Shown here: positions 9,273 to 19,419 of the stretch, piece by piece | How positions within the stretch are numbered: position 1 is the stretch's first letter | Layout of the letters: the number at the start of each line of letters is the position of its first letter | DNA from: an uncultured Bacteroidota bacterium | Lineage (GTDB): Bacteria; Bacteroidota; Bacteroidia; 2-12-FULL-35-15 | Direction of reading: 5' to 3' | DNA: 64,000 nucleotides | Assembly (NCBI GenBank): GCA_903847205.1 | Contig: CAINDA010000028.1 | Location: 4,603-68,602 of the forward strand | Notes under the pieces: model-generated | The model's input: the letters and a program-made list of their open reading frames with translations, nothing else | Databases searched by the model: none | What the model was told of the DNA's origin: nothing | Position numbers and translations under genes: made by a program

Positions 9273-11120
9273 ATGAGTACTCCGGATAACAGCCAAGCTG
9301 AATCAATTAAGAAAATAGATGAAACAAATCAATTGGTTTGGCGCATGCGCGGCAATCCCCCGAAGGGAATGGATTTGTTTGAGTTATGCACGGAAGCTCT
9401 TGAAAAATCCATATCTATTAATTATCACTTAGGAAAAGCTCAAAGTCTTTTAAATATGGGCATTAGATCCTTTATTGTAAAGCATGATTCTGATTTAGCC
9501 TTGTCGCAGATACAAGAGGCTAATCAGCTGTTTAAAGAGATGAAAAGTGAAAAATGGCTTGCTAATTCTCATCTGACACTTGCAATAATATTTACCAGCA
9601 TTGGTAAATCGGAATCTGCATTATCTAATGCATTAAGAGGAATCAGTTTTTACGAAAAAAGGGAAAATGATACTTTTGATAGAACAATGTCCTTTTATGT
9701 TTTAGGCACTGTTTATAAAGATTTAAAAAAGTACAGCGAGGCAGAGAATTATTACAAAATCGGAGTTTCTGGCGACAATGCAGATGATTCCTTATGGGTA
9801 GGCAGAATATATTCGGGACTTTCCAATATTTATTCCGGCCAGGAAAAATATGATGAAGCAATTGAGATGGGATTTAAAGCTCTTGATATTCTAAAGTCTG
9901 AGAAAAATATTGTCGGGGAAAGCCGTGCTTTAAATGATATCGGAGCCATTTATAAAAAACAAAAAAAATATCCTCAGTCATTGAATTATTTCCTTAAAGG
10001 ATTAGAATTGCGCGAATCTCTTGAACTTGTTCAATTTGCTTTATCAAGCCATGTTGATATTGCCGAATTGTACTGCGAAGTCGGCCAATCGGAAAATGCA
10101 ATTATTCATCTTAAAAAAGCGGAACAAAAAGCAATTGATACCAAGCTTTTTTCGAGGCTTTCTAAAATATATCATGATCTCTCTGCAATTTATAAAAGGG
10201 ATTCGGACTATGAACAGGCGCTTTTTTATAATGAAAAGTATGTTCAAATAACGATTGATACACAGGAAAGTGAAATTGAGAATAAAATTAAAATTCTGCA
10301 ATCGGAACTTTTGCGTGAAAAAGAAGCCGAAATAGAAAGATTAAAAAATGTTGAACTTAAATCTGCTTACGATTTGATTGAATTAAAAAACAAAGAAATT
10401 TTAGATTCAATAAATTATGCAAAACGCATTCAGTATGCACTTTTGGCGCACGAAGAGCTGCTGAACAATAATCTGAAAAAATATTTTATTTTATTTAAGC
10501 CTAAAGACATTGTCAGCGGAGATTTTTACTGGGCGTCAAAAAAAGGCGATGATTTTTTTCTGGCCTGCTGCGATTCCACAGGCCATGGCGTTCCAGGAGC
10601 TTTCATGAGTTTATTGAATGTTTCTTTTTTGAACGAAGCTGTTAATGAAAAAAATATATTAAATCCCGATGAGGTGCTGAACCACATTCGTGACCGCCTG
10701 GTTCAAAGTCTCGACGGCGGACAGGACGGAATGGATGCAACTTTAGTGAAAATTAATGGAAACAAAATAAGTTATGCTTCAGCAAATAATTTTCCTTTGC
10801 TTATACGGGACAAACAGCTGATAATGCTCAATGCAGATAAAATGCCCGTTGGTAAAGGATACAAATCAGAGAGTTTCAGCCTGTTCGAAACTGAGTTAAA
10901 AGAAGGAGACAGTTTGTATTTTTTTACAGATGGTTTCTCAGATCAGTTCGGCGGGCCTGCGGGCAAAAAATATAAGTACAAACAGCTTGCAGATCTTCTC
11001 CTTAAAAATACTGAAGAAGATATGGAAGTTCAAAAAGAAAAATTAAATGAGGCCTTCAATGCCTGGCAGGGAAATTTAGAGCAGGTGGATGATATCTGCA
11101 TTATTGGAATTAAATTTTAA
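9273..11120 (+). CDS. TPR-repeat protein fused to a PP2C/SpoIIE-type serine phosphatase domain
   Basis: N-terminal TPR-like repeats and a coiled coil. C-terminal DFYW..CCDSTGHGVPGAFMS..DGMDATLV..DGFSDQF are PP2C (RsbU/SpoIIE) motifs. Confidence 0.8.
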   Translation: MSTPDNSQAESIKKIDETNQLVWRMRGNPPKGMDLFELCTEALEKSISINYHLGKAQSLLNMGIRSFIVKHDSDLALSQIQEANQLFKEMKSEKWLANSHLTLAIIFTSIGKSESALSNALRGISFYEKRENDTFDRTMSFYVLGTVYKDLKKYSEAENYYKIGVSGDNADDSLWVGRIYSGLSNIYSGQEKYDEAIEMGFKALDILKSEKNIVGESRALNDIGAIYKKQKKYPQSLNYFLKGLELRESLELVQFALSSHVDIAELYCEVGQSENAIIHLKKAEQKAIDTKLFSRLSKIYHDLSAIYKRDSDYEQALFYNEKYVQITIDTQESEIENKIKILQSELLREKEAEIERLKNVELKSAYDLIELKNKEILDSINYAKRIQYALLAHEELLNNNLKKYFILFKPKDIVSGDFYWASKKGDDFFLACCDSTGHGVPGAFMSLLNVSFLNEAVNEKNILNPDEVLNHIRDRLVQSLDGGQDGMDATLVKINGNKISYASANNFPLLIRDKQLIMLNADKMPVGKGYKSESFSLFETELKEGDSLYFFTDGFSDQFGGPAGKKYKYKQLADLLLKNTEEDMEVQKEKLNEAFNAWQGNLEQVDDICIIGIKF

Positions 11121-11192
11121 TATTTGGCAAGGCTCATTGAAAAAGTAAAAACCTTAATCAGAAAAATGAGTAATATGAATTAAAGAGAAAGC

Positions 11193-11231
11193 AAAAAACT
11201 GCAAGACTGTAATAAGTCTTGCAGTTTTTTT
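11193..11231. terminator. Bidirectional rho-independent terminator between convergent genes
   Basis: A6 - ctgcaagac (11199-11207) - 8-nt loop - gtcttgcag (11216-11224) - T7. Confidence 0.7.
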
Positions 11232-11286
11232 ATCAGGTTAACGCTCTGAAAATGCTCTGAAATAAAGCTCTTTAGTAAACAAATTA

Positions 11287-14200
11287 CTATTGTACTATTA
11301 TTTTTTTATTCGCGATTGTTCCTTTTTCAGAAACAATTTGCACAAAATAAATACCGGCAGTCAGTTCTTCTTTTTCGATAACCAGCTTGTTTCCTGAAAA
11401 GTTAATTGTTTTAACTTCTTTACCAACCACATCAATAATTTTTGCAGTTCCGTTTTTTATTTCTTTAGAAAACGAAATTGATGTCTGCGATGAAAATGGA
11501 TTTGGATAAATACCAATCACTGATGCACTGTTTTTTTCTTGTATGCCAAGTGTCTGGTTTATTGAGATAGAATCATTTTGCACTGTAAACATCTGCGTTA
11601 CTCCGGCAGCATTATCTGCCTTAACACAGCATCCGGACAGGTGAAGCACCGCAGGCCCTGTTAATGAATTTTTAATCTGAAATTTAAAGTCTGCAATTTT
11701 TCCGAAACCGCCTGCATCTGTATGGTCAATCCTTGTAACAGCGCCGTAAGCGGTATTTGCTAATTCATCAATTTTAGCAATCTTTATTGCATTGGTACCC
11801 GGTGTGCCTATCCAGCTGGCCGGATAAGAAATACTTTCTGTTCCGGTTTGAATAAGCGACGCATCAAAATTGATATTAAATGAAACACCATATAAGCTGC
11901 TTATCGGCGAACTTGAAGTACCTAGCCATAGTTGGGCATCTATTATGCTTCCAGCTGTATAAGAGCTTCCGGAGATTACAAAATACATATCTGATGTTCT
12001 TATTCCTGAATTATTATTTTGAACCGGTGCAATTGCATGAGTTAAACTGAAATTCAAAGTAATTGCAAGAGTATCACTGGCATCAATCACTCCGTCTCCA
12101 TTGCAGTCAGCATGTTTAATATCATGTCCGTTGGCCTGAGCAGTTCCCCAATTAGCGACAGCAAAAGCCTGCCAGCTGTTATCCACACTTGCTCTTGGTG
12201 TTCCTGTCTGAGAATAAAATAAACCGATAGGTAATAAATCGTCATTGTTTACAATAGAATCGTTATCAGCATCGCCTGGCCAAACTGCCGGACTTACTGT
12301 TACAGTTACTGAAGCGCAGGATGTAGTATTACAGCCGCCAGCAGCTCTTACATAATAAGTAGTGGTTACAAGAGGTGAAACAGAAATTGAACTTCCTGTT
12401 CCAACAAGTGTTCCGCCGCAGCTGCCAGTGAACCAGCTGTAAACAGCACCGCCTCCGCCTAAAGTTCCGCCGGTTTCAGTTAATGTTGATGATAGTCCCG
12501 CATACACAATGTTTGGGCTTGCTGCTGCCGATGCCGGAGCAGTGGATAAAGAATTAACAGTAAGTGCAAGTACGAAATTTGTTGGATTTGTACAGCCGTT
12601 GGCAGAAACAGCATAAATGTAAGTGACATTTATTGGAGAAGCTGTAGTATTGGTAAGTATTTCATTTGGATTGCCCATGCCTGAAGCTGCTGGATTGCTG
12701 ATACCGACAACCATTGCTCTTGTCCATGTAAATGCTGCGCCTGATGTGCCGCTCGCAGGGACATAATTGAATGCAGTTCCGCTGCAGATTGCCGGAGGTG
12801 ATAATGAACTGCTTAATGAAGGTATTGGATTTACTGTTACAGTAACGTTTTGATTAACGCTGCATCCGTTTGCAGTAACTGTATAAACGTAAATAACATT
12901 TATAACATTTTGGCTTGTATTGGTAAGTGTTTCGTTGGGATTGCCAGTACCCGAAGCTGCAGGATTGCTGATACCTGTTATAACAGCCCTTGTCCATGCA
13001 AATGTTGCACCCAATGTGCTGCTTGTAGGTACATAATTGAAAACAGATCCGCTGCAAATTGCAGTCGGCGTTAAGGTGCTGTTTAGGGAGGCACCAGAAG
13101 TGCTGCTGCTTATGCTGTTAGAATTTGAACCGGTAGTGCATCCATTGCCAGCCCGCACGCGGTAATAATAAGTTACGTTTACTGTCAGCCCTGTTACATT
13201 AAAGGTAGTCATATTGCCTGTATTCAAATTATTGTAACCCGTTACAAAATTTGAAAACGCGGGATCAGTTGCAACATCTAAAAAATAAGTGGATGCGCCG
13301 GCTGCAGCAGCCCAATTGGCATCAAAAGAGGAACACATGATGTTGGAAGCAGCTGTTGCCGTTGAAGAAATGGCAGCAGCATTAAATGTTATGGTGTTTG
13401 AATTTAAACTTGTGCCGCAGCCATTCATTGCCCGCACACGGTAATAATAAGTGGTGTTTATTGTTAAGCCTGTGATATTATAAGTAGTAACATTGCCGAC
13501 ATTCAAATTATTATAACCCGAAACAAACGTTGAGAATGCAGCATCAACAGAAACATCCAGAAAATAGGCTGTTGCACTTCCAACTGCTGACCAGTTTGCA
13601 TTTAAAGAAGTGCAGGTTAAGTTGGTAGGTGCTGCTGCAATTGGAGCAGCAGGCAGCGGGTTTACTGTAATAACTACACTAAACGCCGCTGGGTTTGTAC
13701 AGCCGTTAGCGGTAACTGTATATACATAAGTAACATTTACAGGAGCTGCGGATGTATTAACTAGAACTTCATTCGGGTCACCGCTTCCAGAACCTGCAGT
13801 ATTGCTGATGTTTGCAACTGCTGGTCTTGTCCATGCAAATGCTGCACCCGATGTTAAACTTGCGGGAACATAACTAAAAGCAGTACCGCTGCAAATTGCA
13901 GGCGGTGTTAAGGAGCTGTTTAAACCCGGGGTTGGATACACTGTGGCAACAACATTATAAGAGGAAATATTTGTGCAGCCGTTTGCAGAAACAGTGTAAA
14001 TGTAAGTTGTATTCACAGGGGCTGCTGTTGTATTAATTAGTGTTTCGGCTGGGTCGCCAGCGCCGCTGCTGCTGCTGTTGCTGATGCCGGATACGGAAGC
14101 TCTTGTCCATGCAAATGATGCGCCCGATGTTGCACTTCCGGGTGTATAGCTGAAAAGAGAACCGCTGCATGTGCTGGCTGTTAAACTGCTGTTTAAAAAT

Positions 14201-15957
14201 GGCATCGGGTTTACAGTTACGAGCACGTTTTGAGTATCGCTGCATCCACTTGCGTTAAGTGAAAAAGCATAAGTAACATTAATCGGATTTGATGAAGTAT
14301 TGATAAGTGTTTCATTTGCATTGCCCGCTCCAGCAGCCGCAGGCTCCGTGATACCTGAGATAAGAGCTCTTGACCATGAAAAGGTTGTACCTGATGTAAG
14401 GCTTGCAGGTACATAACTGAATACTGATCCGCTGCATAATGCAGACGGTGTTAAAGTGCTGCTTAACGCAGGTATAGGCCTGACTGTTAAAGTTACACTG
14501 TATGCAGATGGGTTTGTACATCCGTTGGCGGTAACTGCATATACATAAGTAACATTTACAGGAGCTGCAGATGTATTAACAAGTACTTCATTCGGGTTGC
14601 CGCTTCCAGAACCTGCAGTATTGCTGATGTTTGAAACTGCTGGTCTTGTCCATGCAAATGTCGCACCCGATGTTAAACTTGCGGGAACATAATTAAATGC
14701 AGTACCGCTGCAAATTGCAGATGGTGCTAAGCTGCTGCTCAAACCCGGAGTTGGATATACTGTGGCAGCAACAATAAAATTGGAGATATTTGAGCAGCCA
14801 TTGGCAGAAACAGTGTAAATGTAAGTTGTATTTACGGGTGATGCTGTTGTATTAATTAGTGTTTCGGCTGGGTCGCCTGCACCGCTGCTGCTGCCGTTGC
14901 TGATGCCTGATACGGAGGCTCTTGTCCATGCAAATGAAGCGCCGGATGTAGCACTTCCGGGTGTATAGCTAAAAAGGGAGCCGCTGCATGTGCTAGCTGT
15001 TAAACTGCTGTTTAAAGCGGGTGTCGGGTTTACAGTTACGATAACATTTTGACCTCCGCTGCATCCATTAGCGTTAAGTGTAAAAACATAAGTAACATTA
15101 ATCGGATTTGATGAAGTATTGGTAAGTGTTTCATTCGGATTGCCCGCTCCTGAAGCCGCAGGCTGTGTGATACCTGAGATAAGAGCCCTTGACCACGAAA
15201 AAGATGTACCTGATGTTAAGCTTGTAGGTACATAACTGAATACTGTACCGCTGCACAATGCAGGTGGTGCTAAAGAGCTGCTTAATGCCGGTATAGGCCT
15301 TACTGTGAAAGTTACACTATATGCAGATGGGTTTGTACATCCGTTGGCCGTAACTGTATATACATAAGTAACATTTACTGGGTTTACTGTTGCGTTGTTA
15401 AGAACTTCGCTTGGATCTCCGCTTCCGCTGGCAGCGCTATTGCTGATACCAGATACTACAGGACGTACCCAGGCGAATGTGGCGCCGGATGTACCGCTTG
15501 CAGGTGAATAATGAAAAGTAACACCGCTGCAAATTGCCGATGGTGATAAGCTGCTGCTTAATGCAGGTATCGGATTTACAATGATTTTTCCGTACGCGAC
15601 AGCAGGGCTGCCTGTTCCGGTTGTAGTAATGGTATAATAAAAAGTGCCGGATACTGAGGGCGCGCCGCTGACAGTATATGTTCCTGCACTATAAAGACCT
15701 GATACACCCGTGGGCAGTCCGGTAATTCCGGCGCCGGTTGCTGTACCGCCTACATTATAGTTAATAACAATTATCAGGCTGTTGTTACAGACAGCCTGGG
15801 TATCTAGGCCTGAAGTCAAATTAATTGTCTGCTGAGCAGAAGCCTTATTAAAACCAGCGAAGGCCATTAACATAATAACTGCTGCCAGTATGTTAAAAGC
15901 CGTGGCTGCTTTTTTTAAGACATTGCTGCTTTTTGAATAGTAGTTTTTCGTTTCCAT
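11287..15957 (-). CDS. Giant T9SS-secreted adhesin-like protein (1556 aa). Contains tandem Ig/PKD-like ~90-aa domains, two FN3-like domains, dockerin-like and cohesin-like modules, and a C-terminal Por secretion tail.
   Basis: Signal peptide. Over 10 repeats of the pattern ..LCSG..F.Y.P...TSG..F.W.R......ANGC... Two ..TYYYRVRA(M/G)NGCG FN3-like ends. DADNDSIVNNDD and DCNGDGVIDASD are dockerin-like Ca loops. C-terminal YPNP...GIYFVQI is a T9SS CTD. Confidence 0.85.
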   Translation of the reverse strand: METKNYYSKSSNVLKKAATAFNILAAVIMLMAFAGFNKASAQQTINLTSGLDTQAVCNNSLIIVINYNVGGTATGAGITGLPTGVSGLYSAGTYTVSGAPSVSGTFYYTITTTGTGSPAVAYGKIIVNPIPALSSSLSPSAICSGVTFHYSPASGTSGATFAWVRPVVSGISNSAASGSGDPSEVLNNATVNPVNVTYVYTVTANGCTNPSAYSVTFTVRPIPALSSSLAPPALCSGTVFSYVPTSLTSGTSFSWSRALISGITQPAASGAGNPNETLTNTSSNPINVTYVFTLNANGCSGGQNVIVTVNPTPALNSSLTASTCSGSLFSYTPGSATSGASFAWTRASVSGISNGSSSGAGDPAETLINTTASPVNTTYIYTVSANGCSNISNFIVAATVYPTPGLSSSLAPSAICSGTAFNYVPASLTSGATFAWTRPAVSNISNTAGSGSGNPNEVLVNTSAAPVNVTYVYAVTANGCTNPSAYSVTLTVRPIPALSSTLTPSALCSGSVFSYVPASLTSGTTFSWSRALISGITEPAAAGAGNANETLINTSSNPINVTYAFSLNASGCSDTQNVLVTVNPMPFLNSSLTASTCSGSLFSYTPGSATSGASFAWTRASVSGISNSSSSGAGDPAETLINTTAAPVNTTYIYTVSANGCTNISSYNVVATVYPTPGLNSSLTPPAICSGTAFSYVPASLTSGAAFAWTRPAVANISNTAGSGSGDPNEVLVNTSAAPVNVTYVYTVTANGCTNPAAFSVVITVNPLPAAPIAAAPTNLTCTSLNANWSAVGSATAYFLDVSVDAAFSTFVSGYNNLNVGNVTTYNITGLTINTTYYYRVRAMNGCGTSLNSNTITFNAAAISSTATAASNIMCSSFDANWAAAAGASTYFLDVATDPAFSNFVTGYNNLNTGNMTTFNVTGLTVNVTYYYRVRAGNGCTTGSNSNSISSSTSGASLNSTLTPTAICSGSVFNYVPTSSTLGATFAWTRAVITGISNPAASGTGNPNETLTNTSQNVINVIYVYTVTANGCSVNQNVTVTVNPIPSLSSSLSPPAICSGTAFNYVPASGTSGAAFTWTRAMVVGISNPAASGMGNPNEILTNTTASPINVTYIYAVSANGCTNPTNFVLALTVNSLSTAPASAAASPNIVYAGLSSTLTETGGTLGGGGAVYSWFTGSCGGTLVGTGSSISVSPLVTTTYYVRAAGGCNTTSCASVTVTVSPAVWPGDADNDSIVNNDDLLPIGLFYSQTGTPRASVDNSWQAFAVANWGTAQANGHDIKHADCNGDGVIDASDTLAITLNFSLTHAIAPVQNNNSGIRTSDMYFVISGSSYTAGSIIDAQLWLGTSSSPISSLYGVSFNINFDASLIQTGTESISYPASWIGTPGTNAIKIAKIDELANTAYGAVTRIDHTDAGGFGKIADFKFQIKNSLTGPAVLHLSGCCVKADNAAGVTQMFTVQNDSISINQTLGIQEKNSASVIGIYPNPFSSQTSISFSKEIKNGTAKIIDVVGKEVKTINFSGNKLVIEKEELTAGIYFVQIVSEKGTIANKKIIVQ
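12880..15400. repeat. Intragenic near-identical DNA super-repeats (~814-bp period, about 3 copies; each encodes 3 Ig-like domains)
   Basis: Near-identical ~50-nt strings gggtttgtaca(g/t)ccgtt(a/g)gc.gtaactg.atatacataagtaacatttac.gg recur at ~13692, ~14507 and ~15320. The protein segments are >85% identical. Confidence 0.8.
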
Positions 15958-16016
15958 AATTGTTATTTTATGATGGTTTAAAAATATTCTATATTATCTT
16001 TGGAAGAATGATGAAA

Positions 16017-16024
16017 CAAATGTA
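16017..16024 (-). promoter_or_regulatory. Candidate Bacteroidota sigma-A -7 box (TAcaTTTG) upstream of the adhesin gene
   Basis: Reverse complement of caaatgta matches the TAnnTTTG consensus ~60 nt upstream of the start. No clear -33 TTG at canonical spacing. Confidence 0.2.
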
Positions 16025-16123
16025 GAATACAAAAACAAATAAAAAACACCTGTTTTGTGTGATGCGGTTTTGGTTTTGTAAACTGCGAATTTTAAAATTG
16101 CAGCATTATTAAGATTAGGAGTT

Positions 16124-16867
16124 TTAACGGGCGTATCTTTTAATCAATTCCGACAATTCTGTTTTTACACTTCTGGAAACAGGAATGTCGCAGTCGTCAA
16201 TCATTTCAATAATACCGCTGTCTTTTGCGGGGCTGAATTTTTTAATATATTCCAGATTTATAAGATGAGAATTATGGCAGCGGAAAAAACTTTCGCCTTC
16301 TAAAGAAGCTTCAAGAGATTTTAAATTTTTAGTGACAAGCCGTATTTTATTATCAATGGTATATACCTTTGAATAACTTCCGTATGCTTCTATCCGGATG
16401 ATGTCTTTAATATTAATATACTCCGAACCATTAGTGGTAGGCAGTGTAAGCTTGCCCGATAATGCAGTTTTTAATTTTTCAGTCTGTACCTGAGGAATAC
16501 CCTGCTTCCCAATTTTTTCAGAAATGCGGCTTACAGCATTTATCAGCTCAATGATATTAATAGGTTTTAATAAATAATCAGCTGCGCTTACCTTAAAAGC
16601 TTTAATGGCAAATTGATTATAAGCTGTAACAAATACCACTTCAAATCTTCTGTTTTCGAACTGTTCTACCAGTTCCAATCCTGTCATCTGAGGCATTTCT
16701 ATATCCACAAAAACCAAGTCAGGATTTTTATTTTGAATTTCTTTAATTCCGTCTTTGGCTGAGAGTGCCGTACCAATTATTTCTACTTCTGGGCAGAATT
16801 CTTTCACAGCTATTTCTAAGGCAGTTACAGCATTCTTTTCGTCATCAATTATTACGGCTTTAATCAT
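16124..16867 (-). CDS. LytTR-family response regulator (CheY receiver + LytTR DNA-binding domain)
   Basis: DDE..D receiver motifs (IIDDE, VFVDIEMP, KP) and a C-terminal LytTR-like region. Sits next to a sensor kinase. Confidence 0.85.
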   Translation of the reverse strand: MIKAVIIDDEKNAVTALEIAVKEFCPEVEIIGTALSAKDGIKEIQNKNPDLVFVDIEMPQMTGLELVEQFENRRFEVVFVTAYNQFAIKAFKVSAADYLLKPINIIELINAVSRISEKIGKQGIPQVQTEKLKTALSGKLTLPTTNGSEYINIKDIIRIEAYGSYSKVYTIDNKIRLVTKNLKSLEASLEGESFFRCHNSHLINLEYIKKFSPAKDSGIIEMIDDCDIPVSRSVKTELSELIKRYAR

Positions 16868-16895
16868 AAATTAATAGGTTGATTTGTTAATTGTT

Positions 16896-19187
16896 TCAAG
16901 CAATATTCAAATTGTTTGATGAACTAAATAAACAGGGTAAAATAAATTCAACTCTTGTTCCGCAGGCATTTCCGGCCTCATCTTTTAAATCAAAATATTT
17001 TAAAGGCATATCTGTATTATATAGTGAATTTAATATTTTTAAGCGCTGGTCGGTTGCCTTAATTCCAAATGATTCACGGTTTTTTTTATTTTCAGTTGTT
17101 TTTAATGATGCAGTCCGGCCGATACCGTTGTCTTCAACAGAACACAGCAGAAATTCTTTGGTTAATTTAATATCAATAGTAAGTTTTCCTTCGCCTTCTT
17201 TAGGCATAAGGCCGTGTCCGATTGCATTTTCAACAAAGGGCTGGAAAATCAATGGGGGGACAAGAAAATTTTCCGGAATAATGCCTTCTTCAATATTAAT
17301 AGAGGCAGTAAACCTGCCGATGAATCTCCTCTCTTCTAAATCTATATAAACCAAAAGGGTGTCAAGCTCTTCTCTAAGCGAGATATGGTCAAGCTGTGAC
17401 TGCTCAAGCACCTTCCGGATTAAGCCCGAAAATTCAGAAAGATAAAGACTTGCCTTTAATTTATCATTCCTGAAAATAAAACTTTGAATGGAATTTAATG
17501 AATTAAAAATGAAATGCGGATTCATTAATTTCCTGACCGATATGAGCATATAATGCGACAAGTCATTCTTCAATGTTTCCTGAAGTTTTTCAGTGTATTT
17601 TAAGTTGTCAACCAGTTTGTCGCGCTGTACGGTTATTTCGCTGTTCTGCTGGTTCAGTTCTGTGTTTTTTTTCTCAATAATGATGTTCTTTTCTTCTAAT
17701 AAATATTTTTGTTTTGTAATCTCTTCGTTTTGTATTTCTACTTTTTCTTTCTGGCTTTCGATAACACGTTTTTGTTTTGTTGTAATGCGAAGTGAGCGCA
17801 AAATTAAAGCGGCAAACAACATTGTTAAAATTAAGCCGCCCATAACCGACCAAATAATTATCTGCTGTTTCTTTTTAGCTGCTTCGTGCAATGTCAACTC
17901 CTTATCATGCGCCGCCTGAATCATCATTTCATTTTTGTTAAATTCATAACTCATCTCTTTATGAACTATCTCATAATTTTTTTCCTCATTAAAAATGGAA
18001 CCCTTTGCAGCGGCAGCTTTTTTATAGTGTTCTAATGCTTTTTTATATTCCCCCATCTTCGTATAAAGTTCACTCAGATTTTCATTGCCGGTTTTTATAT
18101 CTGCCAGACTGCCTATCTGCTCAGCAGTTATTAAGGATCTCTGCAGGTATTTTTCTGCAGCGGGGTATTTTTTTATTGTTGTATAAACTAAGCCGATGTT
18201 ACCGAGTTTGATTGCAATTCCGTTTTTATTTCCCAGGTCTTCATCTATTTTTAATGCCTTGAAATAGTATTCAAGGGCGATTGCATAGTTCTGCTGACCA
18301 TTAAAAACACTTCCTATGTTATCGAAATTATTTGCAATTACTTTTTTATCTCCGAGTTCTTCAGCAAGTTTTAATGATCGGAAATAATAATACAATGCTT
18401 TTGTGTAATCGTTTTGGTTTTCGTATACAATCCCGATATTGCCGAGATTGTTTGTAATGCCGTTTTTATCATTAAGTTCTTCAGAAATTTTTAATGCTTT
18501 GAAAAAATAAGTAAGGGCCTTGGGGTATTTGTTTTGATACTTATATATAATTCCGATATTGTTATATGAAGAAGCTATTCCGGTTTTATTGTCAAGTTCT
18601 TCCGAAATCTGTAATGCTTTGAAATAATAGTCTAAGGCCTTCGAATAATTACCCTGCCTGCTGAAAATAACGCCGATGTTTCCCAGCCATTTTAGAATTA
18701 CTTTTTTATCTCCCAGCTCTTCTGAAATTTTCAAAGTTTTTAAATAACATTCCAAAGCTTTTGGGTAATCGCCCTCTTCATAATAAACGCTGCCAATATT
18801 GCCGTAAGCGCCCGCAATTCCTTTTTTGAAATTCAGCTGCTGCGCAAGTTCTAATGCTGTATTGCCGTAATACATTGCAGTGTCGTAATGCCCTTTTTTA
18901 ATATATTCCCAGCATAATTTGTAAGAATGAATTACTTTATTGGTGTCAGGTTTATCGTTTTGAAAAAGCTTAACGAGGGAGTCTGCTTTATTCTGCTGTG
19001 AAAAAGAAAAACAAGCGGAGACTACAAAGCAGCAAGTGACAATAAGCTTCAAATTTTTTATACGGCCGGATTTGCAAAAATGAATTGTTTCGCAAAATTG
19101 GGAGAAGCGTGGAAAGGCAGACAAAGTTTTATTTCTTTTTAGGTAAGTCATAAAATTGGAAATTGTTCCATTACTACAAATATGCAA
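16896..19187 (-). CDS. TPR-repeat sensor histidine kinase (LytS/His_kinase + HATPase_c) with a TM helix and a coiled coil
   Basis: Multiple TPR units (..YY.KAL.I.EEL.DK.G..). A TM segment, then HFIFNSLNSIQSF (His_kinase H-box) and ENAI.HG..DNGIG ATPase motifs. The true start may be an internal Met. Confidence 0.8.
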   Translation of the reverse strand: MHICSNGTISNFMTYLKRNKTLSAFPRFSQFCETIHFCKSGRIKNLKLIVTCCFVVSACFSFSQQNKADSLVKLFQNDKPDTNKVIHSYKLCWEYIKKGHYDTAMYYGNTALELAQQLNFKKGIAGAYGNIGSVYYEEGDYPKALECYLKTLKISEELGDKKVILKWLGNIGVIFSRQGNYSKALDYYFKALQISEELDNKTGIASSYNNIGIIYKYQNKYPKALTYFFKALKISEELNDKNGITNNLGNIGIVYENQNDYTKALYYYFRSLKLAEELGDKKVIANNFDNIGSVFNGQQNYAIALEYYFKALKIDEDLGNKNGIAIKLGNIGLVYTTIKKYPAAEKYLQRSLITAEQIGSLADIKTGNENLSELYTKMGEYKKALEHYKKAAAAKGSIFNEEKNYEIVHKEMSYEFNKNEMMIQAAHDKELTLHEAAKKKQQIIIWSVMGGLILTMLFAALILRSLRITTKQKRVIESQKEKVEIQNEEITKQKYLLEEKNIIIEKKNTELNQQNSEITVQRDKLVDNLKYTEKLQETLKNDLSHYMLISVRKLMNPHFIFNSLNSIQSFIFRNDKLKASLYLSEFSGLIRKVLEQSQLDHISLREELDTLLVYIDLEERRFIGRFTASINIEEGIIPENFLVPPLIFQPFVENAIGHGLMPKEGEGKLTIDIKLTKEFLLCSVEDNGIGRTASLKTTENKKNRESFGIKATDQRLKILNSLYNTDMPLKYFDLKDEAGNACGTRVEFILPCLFSSSNNLNIA

Positions 19188-19353
19188 TAAAAATTCCTCA
19201 TTATCCAGTACTTCAAATTCTCTTCTGTAAGGGGTTTGGAAACCGGCGGGAGTTTTTTTTAATTTGAATTGTACAGAAAATATTTTTCAAGAAGGGGTTT
19301 AACAAAGCGTCAGCATTATACTTCAGAATTTTCATTGTTAATAATTTTTAAAT

Positions 19354-19378
19354 AAAAAGCCCGGCACTGCGTCCGGGC
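19354..19378 (-). terminator. Rho-independent terminator of lpdA
   Basis: On the minus strand: gcccgg - loop - ccgggc followed by UUUUU. Plus-strand sequence aaaaagcccggcactgcgtccgggc, immediately 3' of the lpdA stop. Confidence 0.65.
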
Positions 19379-19419
19379 TCCTCATTTGTAATTCAATAAA
19401 ATTTATCATTCCTACTGTT

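Noticed and set aside
12850-14521. Several 65-75-aa ORFs on both strands inside the adhesin gene (12850..13074 +, 12854..13057 -, 14033..14245 -, 14217..14414 -, 14312..14521 -)
   Set aside because: Alternative-frame or antisense artefacts of a long, repeat-rich, Ser/Thr/Gly-biased coding region. Cys/Gln-rich nonsense translations.
16891-18211. Plus-strand ORFs 16891..17349, 17593..17919 and 18005..18211, antisense to the TPR histidine kinase
   Set aside because: Fully embedded antisense to a well-supported 763-aa kinase. Low-complexity F/S/C-rich translations.
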